A stretch of DNA of 64,000 nt, taken from the IMG/VR virus record IMGVR_UViG_3300038428_000220. One strand, given 5' to 3'. A program made the translations under genes and the position numbers. The stretch is from an uncultured virus (IMG/VR IMGVR_UViG_3300038428_000220). Taxonomy: Duplodnaviria; Heunggongvirae; Uroviricota; Caudoviricetes. A model generated the notes under the pieces. It was not told where the DNA came from. It saw only the letters and a list, made by a program, of their open reading frames with translations, and made no database searches. This document shows, piece after piece, positions 47,251 through 55,646 of the stretch (positions are counted from its first letter, which is position 1; each line of letters begins with the position of its first letter).

Positions 47251-48651
47251 TTAGCCGACGTGTTCCAGCACCAGGGCGCGCTTGAACAACGCGTTGCTGG
47301 CGGTCGGGATAATTGCCGTGGTCGCCGTGATATCGGTCGGCACCGCGAAGTCGCCCACCCAATTCCACGACAGCGAGCAGACCTGCTGCAGGCGGTCGAG
47401 GGGCGGGCGCAGGATCTGTGCGACGCCGTTGACCAGGAACACCTCGCCGATCGCGTTGACGCCTTCGCGCGCCAGCCACGTCTCGAGGCCTTCGAAATCG
47501 CCCTGGATGATCGACTCGGCGCCCAGCACAATCGGGCGACGGATGCGCTGACTGATGACCGACAGACCCGTGGCCGTGCTGGCCGCGTTGTAGGCGGCGC
47601 CGTTGTACTGCACGCCCGGGGGCTGCACGTAGGTTTCAGTCGTCGGGATGAACGTCACACCGAGCAGGCGGACAATGTCGCCGTCGCGGTATTCGCTGGC
47701 CCGGCTGTTGCCGGCAAACAGAACCTTGAAGTCCTGGTCGGCCCACAGCTGCCGCATGCTCGTGTTGTCGAGGATACAGTGATAGGTGCCGTCGGTCATG
47801 GGCGGCACGCCGTTGTCGCGCAGGTAGGCGAGCGCGTCTTCGACCAGGCCCATGGTCAGCATGTCGCTGCCCTGCAGCAACGCGGTGGTCAGGCGGGAGA
47901 ACGGCCGTAGAATCTTCGGCCCGTTGAGCGCCGTCATGGCGTCGCCGTTAACCGGCGTGGTCGCGGCGGTGAACGTCAGGCTGCCCGAGATACCGTCGGG
48001 CGTGGTCGACTTGTTGGTGGCGTCCGCCGTCGCGGTGTTGACGGTCAGGGTCTGTGTCACGCCGGCGTTGCTGGCGGCCACTTCCTGCACGGTCAGCGGA
48101 TTGCCGCTGCTGATAGGCGTCACGACGCCATTGACCAGCACGGTGGTGAAGCCCCGGATATCGTCAAGCCAACAGGTCGTGGTGCTGCCGGCGTTCAAGT
48201 CGGTGCGCACGCGGGAATTCCCGCCCAGGTAGGCGCTAAACAACTTGTAGCGGCAAATCCGCTCCATGGACTGGGCGGCCTGCACGCCGTTGTTGCGGCT
48301 GTTGGCAATCAGCTGGTCGGCAATGCCGGCCAGTTCCTGCTGCATGTTGGTGTCGACGGTGTCGGCGTACGAGGCAATCGTGAAGCTGTACTGCTCGACC
48401 GAGAAGGTGGACGACGTCAGGCCGTTGTCCAGGCCAGTGTTGCTGGCCGGCGTCATTGGCGTGGTAACCGGCGTTTTGCGGCCCTTGCGGGTCCGCGTCA
48501 GCGTTTCACCGATTCGCGACGGCACAGTCTCCTGCAGGGCCGCGCGCCGATAAGCCAGGATCGAATCCAGGCCTTCCTCAAGTTCGCGCTCCAGGAACCC
48601 CTGCTGCAGAATCGCGGCAAGCGCGGCGGGAAAATTGACGTATGAGCCCAT
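47251..48651 (-). CDS. major capsid protein
   Basis: NFPAALAAILQQGFLERE, GETLTRTRKG, RPPLDRLQQ...W.WVGDF; follows the scaffold gene. Confidence 0.85.
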   Translation of the reverse strand: MGSYVNFPAALAAILQQGFLERELEEGLDSILAYRRAALQETVPSRIGETLTRTRKGRKTPVTTPMTPASNTGLDNGLTSSTFSVEQYSFTIASYADTVDTNMQQELAGIADQLIANSRNNGVQAAQSMERICRYKLFSAYLGGNSRVRTDLNAGSTTTCWLDDIRGFTTVLVNGVVTPISSGNPLTVQEVAASNAGVTQTLTVNTATADATNKSTTPDGISGSLTFTAATTPVNGDAMTALNGPKILRPFSRLTTALLQGSDMLTMGLVEDALAYLRDNGVPPMTDGTYHCILDNTSMRQLWADQDFKVLFAGNSRASEYRDGDIVRLLGVTFIPTTETYVQPPGVQYNGAAYNAASTATGLSVISQRIRRPIVLGAESIIQGDFEGLETWLAREGVNAIGEVFLVNGVAQILRPPLDRLQQVCSLSWNWVGDFAVPTDITATTAIIPTASNALFKRALVLEHVG

Positions 48652-48654
48652 GTG

Positions 48655-48875
48655 GGTCCCCCAAAGCGTGATTGATCGTTCCGGAAGGGACAGCGGCTGT
48701 TACCAGCGCGTCATGGGTGCCAGCACCCAGTCCCGACGATCATTCACGGCACCCAGGGGGGCGGGCGCGTGGGGGACAACGGCGATCTATCGCACGACCA
48801 ACGTCACAAGGTCGGCCAGTCTCGGCCGGGACCCCAGGTTGCGCGCCTAGCCTGCTAGGCCGCGCGAGTCACGAC
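48655..48875 (-). ncRNA. candidate structured 5' leader of the capsid mRNA
   Basis: Nested stems 48668-79/48736-47 and 48687-91/48730-34, GCTG-GTAA-CAGC hairpin, TGGGTGC/GCACCCA hairpin. Confidence 0.5.
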
Positions 48876-48881
48876 ACGCAA

Positions 48882-48912
48882 TCTATAGAGCCGATTTAAT
48901 TCGATTGTCAAA
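48882..48912 (-). promoter_or_regulatory. sigma70-type promoter upstream of the capsid gene
   Basis: TTGACA-N18-TATAGA on the minus strand. Confidence 0.65.
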
Positions 48913-48918
48913 TTGTGG

Positions 48919-48956
48919 AAAAGAAAACGGCCACGTCGGGTGTGAACCGGTGGCCG
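48919..48956 (-). terminator. intrinsic terminator after the scaffold gene
   Basis: CGGCCAC/GTGGCCG stem + TTTTCTTTT. Confidence 0.7.
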
Positions 48957-49102
48957 CTTCCTTGACGCTCGCCCTTTGCCCATGTGGGGCCCGACTCGTG
49001 CCGGGGACGATACCAGACCTGGCCTGCCGTTTCCATGGCCGCGACCAGAAGCCACCGAAATGGCCGCGTTGTCCGTTGTCGTCGCGGGTGGCTGACACCC
49101 GG

Positions 49103-49759
49103 CTATTGGTTGCCCAGACTGCGCAGCGCGTCCTTTTTTTGCTGCTCGTATGCGCGCTTGCCCTCGGGCGTCTTTGGGATATCGCGCACGCTTGTCGTCG
49201 GCGGCGCGGCCCCAGGCGCTGGTGGCGGCAGCGGCGACCCGGTACTGGCGCGCACCGGCGCTGCAGCTGGCGCTGCGGCCGGCTTGAACCAATCGGGCTT
49301 CTTAGTCTTGCCCGCCGCAATCGCCTCGCTAATGCCGGTGAACGTGCCGGTGGCCGGGTCGTACGACACGGCCTTTTTATCAATCAGCGGCAGCAGGTCG
49401 AGGTCGGTCAGCCCGGCCTGTATGGCCGCGGCCTTAAGCTCGGCGTCGATCAGCTGCCTGCGCGTCGCCTGCAGTTCGGTGTTGCCGGCCTCGCGCGCGG
49501 TACGCTCGCGATTATCCGCCTCGGTCTTGAGTCGCGTGATTTCCGCGTTAGCCGCGTCGACCTGTTCCTTGGCGGTACGCGCCTCGACGCGATTTGCCGC
49601 AGCCTCGGCGCGTGTGTTCGCAACGGTGTTTTCCAGCACGGCAATGCGGTCCTGATCGGTCTGACCAGCTTGCCGCGGGGGTATCGGCGGCGCGACCGGC
49701 GGCACAACTGCTGCAGGCGGGGGTGGGGGCGGCGGCGGTGCATTATGGACGTCAGACAT
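49103..49759 (-). CDS. capsid scaffolding protein
   Basis: Pro-rich ends, coiled coil (RAEAAANRV), AELKAAAIQAG..D.D, KPDWF. Confidence 0.8.
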   Translation of the reverse strand: MSDVHNAPPPPPPPPAAVVPPVAPPIPPRQAGQTDQDRIAVLENTVANTRAEAAANRVEARTAKEQVDAANAEITRLKTEADNRERTAREAGNTELQATRRQLIDAELKAAAIQAGLTDLDLLPLIDKKAVSYDPATGTFTGISEAIAAGKTKKPDWFKPAAAPAAAPVRASTGSPLPPPAPGAAPPTTSVRDIPKTPEGKRAYEQQKKDALRSLGNQ

Positions 49760-49785
49760 TTGGGGCCTCTCTTGGGGTTAAGAGA

Positions 49786-49869
49786 TCATAGATACCGTTT
49801 ACGCAAAAACCAAGCCAAAATCACCATGCTCGGCGCGCAGTATATCACGAATGCGTGCCAGATCGTCAT
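49786..49869 (-). CDS. 27-aa membrane peptide
   Basis: MTIWHAFVIYCAPSMVILAWFLRKRYL; ATGA overlap. Confidence 0.45.
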   Translation of the reverse strand: MTIWHAFVIYCAPSMVILAWFLRKRYL

Positions 49870-51200
49870 GCCGCCTTGTCCAGATAGGCCGGGGTGTTGT
49901 CGTTCGATGCCGGGTCCAGGTCGCGGTTGAGCAGGTAGGGGAAATATCCCCACGCGAAGCCGTTGTCTTCGAACGCGATGTACCCGTAGCCATAAATGGC
50001 CATGTTGCCTTCGCAGTCCATGATCGGGTCGACGCTGTTGCGCGGCACCGCCGGCCCAACCATCGTCCAGGTCACGCCCTGGTCGGTGGACCGCCACATT
50101 CCATAGCCGGTTAAATCCGTTATGCCTCCACCCCACGACACAACATAAACTGAGGGATAGCTTTGCCCGGACGCGGGCGCACCGAAGCCGACGCACATCG
50201 GTTCTTTAATCAATGAACTTGAAATCGTCGCGAAGGTCGCGCCGCCGTCGGTAGAGTGGAACAGCGAACTTGCCCCCGGATGCACCACCGTGCCGCCCCC
50301 AACGAGCCCTCCGGCGATCCATATGTCGTTCGCATTGCTAGGAGTCGCCTTCAATCTGATTATGTTGAACCCGAAGGCGTGATTGCCCATGAACGTGACG
50401 GTGCCGCCGCCGCCCGTCAGCTTGTAAATTCCGCTGCGGGAACTTGAGGGACTGGTTGCCGAATTGGTAGTGGCGAGGGCGATGTAGAACGTCCCCGCGG
50501 TCACGCGGTCCGCTGCGGTGGTGTAGTAGGGCCTATACGGCTGGATCAGATCGTTGTTGGAGTTCGCGTAGAGCGACACGAACAGGCTGTCCGCGCTTCC
50601 GCTGCTGGCCGACGTCGCGGCCGCCAGCAAAGTCACGGTGCCGGCGGCGCACGAAGACACCACGCCGATAGTCTTGGGCGGGGAATAGGTGTAGTCGAAA
50701 ATCTCGGCAGTGGGATAAATGCCGGCGCACGAGCCCCCGCTGATGGTCAGCGTCGTGTCGTGCAGGGCCCACGACGCGCCCGCCGTGACGGACACCGGAT
50801 CGGCGACGCCGTTGAACAATAAATTGTCGCCGCTCGTAACGGTCGCCAGCGAGTTCGCGTTGAGCGTCAGCGTGGTGCTCGCGCAGCTCACTATCTGTCC
50901 GATGTTGACGGCGCCGCCGCCCTGAATGTCCCACGCCGTTTCGCCGGCGACCGCCTTTGAGCAAGACCCGACCGTGAGCGTCGCGCTGCCGCTTGCCGAG
51001 GTGGCGCTCGCGGTCGTGGTCGCCGCCAGGCCCGACGTTGGGGTGGCGGCGGCGAGCGAAACGTGCGTCCACCCCGACCCGCCGGCCCCTACCCCGCCGT
51101 TCATGGTATAGAACGGAGCCGACAGGGCGTAGGTCAGAAGAATGTTCAGCGGCGTGCTGACGGCGAGGGCCATGCCGTATTGAACTTGGTTCGTGAAGTC
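49866..51200 (-). pseudogene. C-terminal part of a BNR-repeat / GH74 xyloglucanase-like beta-propeller protein lacking its native start
   Basis: AADRV, HSTDGGATF, VGFGAPASGQSYPSVY, RSTDQGVTW; the frame loses protein-like composition upstream of ~51200. Confidence 0.65.
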
Positions 51201-51670
51201 GACGAGCCGGTCGCGATGCAATGCAGCGTCGTAACGCCGGTCGGAATCGTGAAAGCAAACCAGCCGCCGCCGGCCGTTATCTCCTGGTCGCTGGTCGTGG
51301 CGGCCACGCCATTGACGTTGCAATACATCGGGTTGGCGCCGACGTTCGACACTACCGTGACCGGGCCAGTCGGCAGCGTGCCGCTGCTGTCGGAGGTCGT
51401 GACCGACAGCGGCGTCATGCGCGCGCCGGTCACGCTGGGCGTAAAGCCGCCAAGGCTTGCCGACAGCGTACCAAACACTGGTATGCCGCCGCCGGCGCAT
51501 GACGACGTGCCGTCGCTGTTGACGACCGGCACAGCCTTGCCGGTCGAGTTCAAGCAGTACAGCGACACGCGCGCGGCGGTGCCGTCGTATTTTTGCTGCG
51601 CCTGGGCGGGCGCCACGAGGAAAAGCGCGGCGATCGCCGCACTGACAATGGCAGCCTGTAAGCATTTCAT
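51146..51670 (-). CDS. exported Thr/Gly-rich protein, probably truncated at ~51200
   Basis: Signal peptide MKCLQAAIVSAA...AQA; last ~18 aa look out of frame. Confidence 0.6.
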   Translation of the reverse strand: MKCLQAAIVSAAIAALFLVAPAQAQQKYDGTAARVSLYCLNSTGKAVPVVNSDGTSSCAGGGIPVFGTLSASLGGFTPSVTGARMTPLSVTTSDSSGTLPTGPVTVVSNVGANPMYCNVNGVAATTSDQEITAGGGWFAFTIPTGVTTLHCIATGSSTSRTKFNTAWPSPSARR

Positions 51671-51671
51671 T

Positions 51672-52373
51672 TTATGCGGCTCCATTATAGATGGCCGACA
51701 CGACGGCACCGCCGCCGGTCAGCGTCTTAAGGCGCGCCTTGATGTACGCCGTAGTAATGCTGACCTGCGTCAGCCCCAGCTCGGTTATGGGCGCCAGCAG
51801 CACGCCGTCGGTGCCGGCCGCAATGGTGACCGACTCATTCGCGCCGCTATTCAGCACTCCGGTCAGCAGCGTCGTATTGGCATTGGGCGGGCTGCTGGGC
51901 GTGCCGGGGAATACCGCCGAGGGAAACTGAATCGTTATGGCGCCCGCCAGATTGGTCGCCGTGATCTGCACGGCCTGCATGCCGGCATCGGCGTTGATTT
52001 TGGTCACCAATGCGGCGGCGATGCTGGTGAGACTGTCGCCGCTGACCACGGTGTGCGTCAGAGTCTTGCTGCCATTCGGCAAATTGGGATTGATAAAATC
52101 CAGGCCGACCAGATCGCCCGGTGTCGCCGTGCCGCCGATCGTCGCCGTGTAGGTATTAAGCGGCCAGCCCAGCGCGTTGGTGCCGAAAACGTCTATCTCG
52201 AGCGTCGAGATTGAACCAAACGCCTCGATTGAGCCGGTCTTGGCCCAGCCGGACGGAATCCACAGGCCCTCGACCGGCGTTGCCGCGACTGCGTCCAGCA
52301 ATCGTGCCCTGATGCCGAAAGGACCGCCGAACGGCGCGGACTGGTATTCACTGACCGGCTGCGTGCGCAACAT
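51672..52373 (-). CDS. virion structural protein with shared inserted module
   Basis: TATIGGTATPGD...VVSGDSLTSIAAALVTKINAD. Confidence 0.6.
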   Translation of the reverse strand: MLRTQPVSEYQSAPFGGPFGIRARLLDAVAATPVEGLWIPSGWAKTGSIEAFGSISTLEIDVFGTNALGWPLNTYTATIGGTATPGDLVGLDFINPNLPNGSKTLTHTVVSGDSLTSIAAALVTKINADAGMQAVQITATNLAGAITIQFPSAVFPGTPSSPPNANTTLLTGVLNSGANESVTIAAGTDGVLLAPITELGLTQVSITTAYIKARLKTLTGGGAVVSAIYNGAA

Positions 52374-52392
52374 GGCGTCCCCCAGTTTCGGA

Positions 52393-52617
52393 TTACGATT
52401 CGCTCTCTATCACGGCCACGATCTCGTCCTGCGCGACCACTTGGCCCAGCTCAATCCTGTGCCGCACCACGCCCGCGCAGGGTGCCACGATGGGCCACAG
52501 CGTTTTCATGCACTCGACCTCGACAATCCGATCGCCGGCCTCAACGCTGGCACCGTCGTCGGCGCAGCGGAGCGCGACGGTCCCGGCAATTTCGGCCCGG
52601 CAGTCTGTGGTGCGCAT
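52393..52617 (-). CDS. stand-alone biotinyl/lipoyl attachment domain protein
   Basis: AEIAGTV...G.SVEAGD.IVEVECMKT...APCAGVV...GQVV...AVIE. Confidence 0.85.
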   Translation of the reverse strand: MRTTDCRAEIAGTVALRCADDGASVEAGDRIVEVECMKTLWPIVAPCAGVVRHRIELGQVVAQDEIVAVIESES

Positions 52618-52687
52618 TCGGCGGGGGACTCGGCTGGCAGCATGGACTGGTCAGGCCTCGACGGTGATTCGTCGTCTTGGACGCACG

Positions 52688-53011
52688 CTATACCATTTCC
52701 TGCGTTTGCTCGCGCCAATTAATCGTCAGGTTGGGCGCCGCGTCGCGCGCGTCGACCACGGCAATCAGCGCCCCGATGGCGCCGCCGCCCAACCAGAAGC
52801 TGCCCGTGAACATGCTGGGCTGCAAAAACAGCAGACGGCCCAGCGCGTCCTCAAGCTGCACGCGCCCCCAGGCGCCGGCCGCGACAATCTGCACGCTGTA
52901 GAGCTCGGCGTGCCGGCGCGCCAGGCGGAAGCGCCCGGCCGCGGTTATCTTGTGGCTGCGCATGAGGCTGCCCGGGGCCGACGGCGCGTACACGTCGACA
53001 AGGTCAAGCAT
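52688..53011 (-). CDS. hypothetical beta-rich protein, paralogue of 55960-56421
   Basis: GRLLFLQPSMFTGSFWLGGG vs GRAIYQAPAAIMGSFMMDGG. Confidence 0.6.
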   Translation of the reverse strand: MLDLVDVYAPSAPGSLMRSHKITAAGRFRLARRHAELYSVQIVAAGAWGRVQLEDALGRLLFLQPSMFTGSFWLGGGAIGALIAVVDARDAAPNLTINWREQTQEMV

Positions 53012-53040
53012 AGCGTTCTGGGGTTATGTACTTGACTCCC

Positions 53041-53337
53041 TCACGCCTTTTCCTTGGCGACCAACGACGCCGACACGCTGACGCCGGCCGATATGATGGC
53101 GCACCCCGGCGAGCCAAGATTGCCGCTCCAACCAACCGAGCCGCTGACCGACACATAGAAGTCCTGTTTGTCATTTGGCTCTGGAATAATGTTGACGAAA
53201 GCCATCACGGCAGTTCGCGCCTGCATGCGGTCGGCGGCATGAATCGGCTGCGACGCCTCCACCTTGTCTAGCTCGGCGTCGACTTTTTTCATCACCTCGC
53301 GTTCGGTCGTCCCGCGTACACTGAATGAGTAGGACAT
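53041..53337 (-). CDS. hypothetical protein
   Basis: AGGAG RBS; MSYSFSV. Confidence 0.65.
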   Translation of the reverse strand: MSYSFSVRGTTEREVMKKVDAELDKVEASQPIHAADRMQARTAVMAFVNIIPEPNDKQDFYVSVSGSVGWSGNLGSPGCAIISAGVSVSASLVAKEKA

Positions 53338-53394
53338 TGATGTCTCCTGGTGCAGATTTGCCGCAACCGGATGATTGCGGGGCCACCTATTTAA

Positions 53395-53631
53395 TCAGGT
53401 GTCGCACGGCTTGTCGATAAACGCTGGCGGTAACTTACGACGCCGCGGTCGGAGAGGCCGGCCAAACACTGGCGCAATGCTGCGGTCGTGGCGTTCCATC
53501 CTATCCTCGTAGCTTTCCGCACGCACGATCGGCAGCAAAATCACCATCGCGGGCTGCTCGCGGCGCACCGCCGGCGCGTAGGACGGCGCCCAGTCTGCAA
53601 ACTGCACGACGTTACGGGCGCGCTTGCTCAT
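53395..53631 (-). CDS. hypothetical protein
   Basis: Its ATG abuts the IS left end. Confidence 0.55.
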   Translation of the reverse strand: MSKRARNVVQFADWAPSYAPAVRREQPAMVILLPIVRAESYEDRMERHDRSIAPVFGRPLRPRRRKLPPAFIDKPCDT

Positions 53632-53658
53632 CGTGACCTCGGGCGGAAACCCCGCCGT

Positions 53659-54090
53659 TCACGGCGGGGAGGAAGCCCGTTGAGCTTCCACGTATCGCTT
53701 GACCCTCTCAAGCGGAGCGCCACCAGCACTGGCGGCAAAGTAGGACGGCGACCAAAGAACACCGCGCCAATAACGAGCAGCGATATCCCGACGCTCAAGT
53801 CTGAGCAGTCGCGACGATGTTCCCTTGAGGGCGTTAACCAAGGCGGAAACGGAGTGCTTCGGCGGGTACTCAATAAGCAAGTGAACGTGATCTTTTTCGC
53901 CGTCACAGGCGATAAGCACACAATCCATTGCGGCGCAGACCTTGCCAAAATGGCCTTTGAGCCAATTGATCGCTGGATCGTCAAGGAGCTTTCGACGATA
54001 CTTTGTAACAAATACAAGGTGACAGACCAACTTAGTGACGGAATGTCTACCCCTACGATATTCTGTCTTGTCCACTTGAAATCCCTCCAC
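53659..54090 (-). CDS. tnpA: Y1 HUH transposase
   Basis: HLVFVTKYRR, DHVHLL, LKGTSSR, LWSPSYF, YVEAQ. Confidence 0.95.
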   Translation of the reverse strand: MEGFQVDKTEYRRGRHSVTKLVCHLVFVTKYRRKLLDDPAINWLKGHFGKVCAAMDCVLIACDGEKDHVHLLIEYPPKHSVSALVNALKGTSSRLLRLERRDIAARYWRGVLWSPSYFAASAGGAPLERVKRYVEAQRASSPP

Positions 54091-54110
54091 AGACCAAGTA
54101 GATAGTCTGC

Positions 54111-55187
54111 ATGATTTTGACTTTCAAGTACAGGATCAAGGACGCGACAGTCGGGAAGTATCTCGACAGGCACTCGCGTTCGGTCAATTTTGTTTGGAAC
54201 TACTGTTGCGAAACCCAGCGTAAGGTTGAAGCCTATTACAAGGCAGGCGCACCTAAGCGCCGTTGGCCTTCGCATTTCGATCTCGTCAAGCTGACCACGG
54301 GTTGCGCAGCGGAACTTGGCCTGCACTCCGATACGGTCGGACAAATCTGCAAGCAGTTTGTAATCTCGCGCAACGCGGCCCGACATGCTCCGCGTTTCCG
54401 CGCCAGCAGGGGCCCCAAGCGAGCCCTCGGCTGGCTGCCCTTTATCAAGCGCACCGTGAAACTCGACGGCGCGCACGTTGTCTACCTCAAACGTAAATTC
54501 CATTTCTGGAAGTCGCGGGATATCCCCGACGCCATCAAGACGGGCTGCTTTACTCAAGACGCCCGTGGTCGCTGGTATGTTTGTTTCCAGTGCGAGGTTG
54601 CCGACGATCTGCCAACTGGCAACGGCGAAGTCGGGATTGATCTTGGATTGAAGACCCTCGCCACATGCAGCAACGGCGACACTATCTCCGCCTTGCGGCA
54701 TTATCGCAAATATGAGGCTACGCTCGCCATTGCACAGCGCGCCGGACATAAGCAGCGCGTCAGGGCTATCCACGCCAAGATAGCGAACGTGCGCAAGGAC
54801 CAACTTCACAAGGCCAGCAGCAAGATTGCTGCGGAAAACCAACTTATCGTTGTCGGCAATGTCAGCGCCGCACAGCTTGCCAAAACGCGAATGGCTAAGT
54901 CCGTTCTCGATGCAAGCTGGTCGATGCTGCGGAACATGCTCGAATATAAAGCCAGCAGGCACCGGGCGCGTTACGTTGAAGCCGATGAGCGTTGGACTTC
55001 CCAAGTGTGTTCGTGCTGCGGGACAATTCCCGACAGCAGTCCGAAAGGTATGGGCGCACTTGGAATAAGACATTGGGTATGCTCAGACTGTGGTTGCTCG
55101 CATGATCGCGACGCGAACGCTGCTCGGAACATTCTCCGTGTCGGGGCGGAACGTCGCCCACCTGTAGAGGAAATCCCCGCCCTTTAG
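54111..55187 (+). CDS. tnpB: RNA-guided endonuclease TnpB
   Basis: GIDLGLK, TSQVCSCCG, CSDCG..HDRDANAARNI. Confidence 0.95.
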   Translation: MILTFKYRIKDATVGKYLDRHSRSVNFVWNYCCETQRKVEAYYKAGAPKRRWPSHFDLVKLTTGCAAELGLHSDTVGQICKQFVISRNAARHAPRFRASRGPKRALGWLPFIKRTVKLDGAHVVYLKRKFHFWKSRDIPDAIKTGCFTQDARGRWYVCFQCEVADDLPTGNGEVGIDLGLKTLATCSNGDTISALRHYRKYEATLAIAQRAGHKQRVRAIHAKIANVRKDQLHKASSKIAAENQLIVVGNVSAAQLAKTRMAKSVLDASWSMLRNMLEYKASRHRARYVEADERWTSQVCSCCGTIPDSSPKGMGALGIRHWVCSDCGCSHDRDANAARNILRVGAERRPPVEEIPAL

Positions 55188-55200
55188 GGCGGGGAAGACG

Positions 55201-55419
55201 TTAAGCTGCCCTCGTGTATTCCCACCTAAAGTTGCCGCCCGGCAGTGGGTGCTTGCTGCGCTTGACGCGGCCAACGGCCGCTAGGTGACGCAGCATGGTG
55301 TCGACGCTCTCCGGTGACCAGCAGCCCACGCGCTCCCATATCTCGCGCGCGCCGCGCGGGTGGCTGTCCACCACCGACATAATCTGGTCGAGCGTCGCTG
55401 GGCTGAATCCACCAGTCAT
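55201..55419 (-). CDS. small winged-helix-like protein
   Basis: AREIWERV...LRHLAAVGRVKR...WEY. Confidence 0.55.
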   Translation of the reverse strand: MTGGFSPATLDQIMSVVDSHPRGAREIWERVGCWSPESVDTMLRHLAAVGRVKRSKHPLPGGNFRWEYTRAA

Positions 55420-55643
55420 GGTCTAATAATTCCCCCCAACAGTCTGGCGTCCAGCCGCTTGGCGCTGACCGGCACACCGATTCGCGTCTCGATCAGATTG
55501 GCCAGCCGGCACGGTATGCCGTCGGCCCAGCCCAGATAGTTTATCAGCGGCACGCCCAGCTCGTGCGCGGCCTCGGCCGGCGTGTAGCGATTGCGCTTTT
55601 GCCAGGCCTGCAGCTGCAGGGCGATGTTGCGGGGTGCTGCCAT
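55416..55643 (-). CDS. XRE-like HTH protein
   Basis: YTPAEAAHELGVPLINYLGW. Confidence 0.65.
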   Translation of the reverse strand: MAAPRNIALQLQAWQKRNRYTPAEAAHELGVPLINYLGWADGIPCRLANLIETRIGVPVSAKRLDARLLGGIIRP

Positions 55644-55646
55644 TGG

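Larger units (their letters stand above)
53632..55204. mobile_element. IS200/IS605-family element (divergent tnpA + tnpB)
   Basis: LE hairpin CCCCGCCGTTCACGGCGGGG, RE hairpin CCCCGCCCTTTAGGGCGGGG then GACGTTAA; preceded by TCAT. Confidence 0.92.

Noticed and set aside
48905..49930. 341-aa plus-strand ORF and other ORFs over the capsid leader
   Set aside because: Arg/Cys-rich, antisense to the scaffold gene, no RBS or motifs
51201..51665. N-terminal part of the 599-aa ORF 49866-51665 as real protein
   Set aside because: Arg-rich alternative frame of the signal-peptide gene 51146-51670
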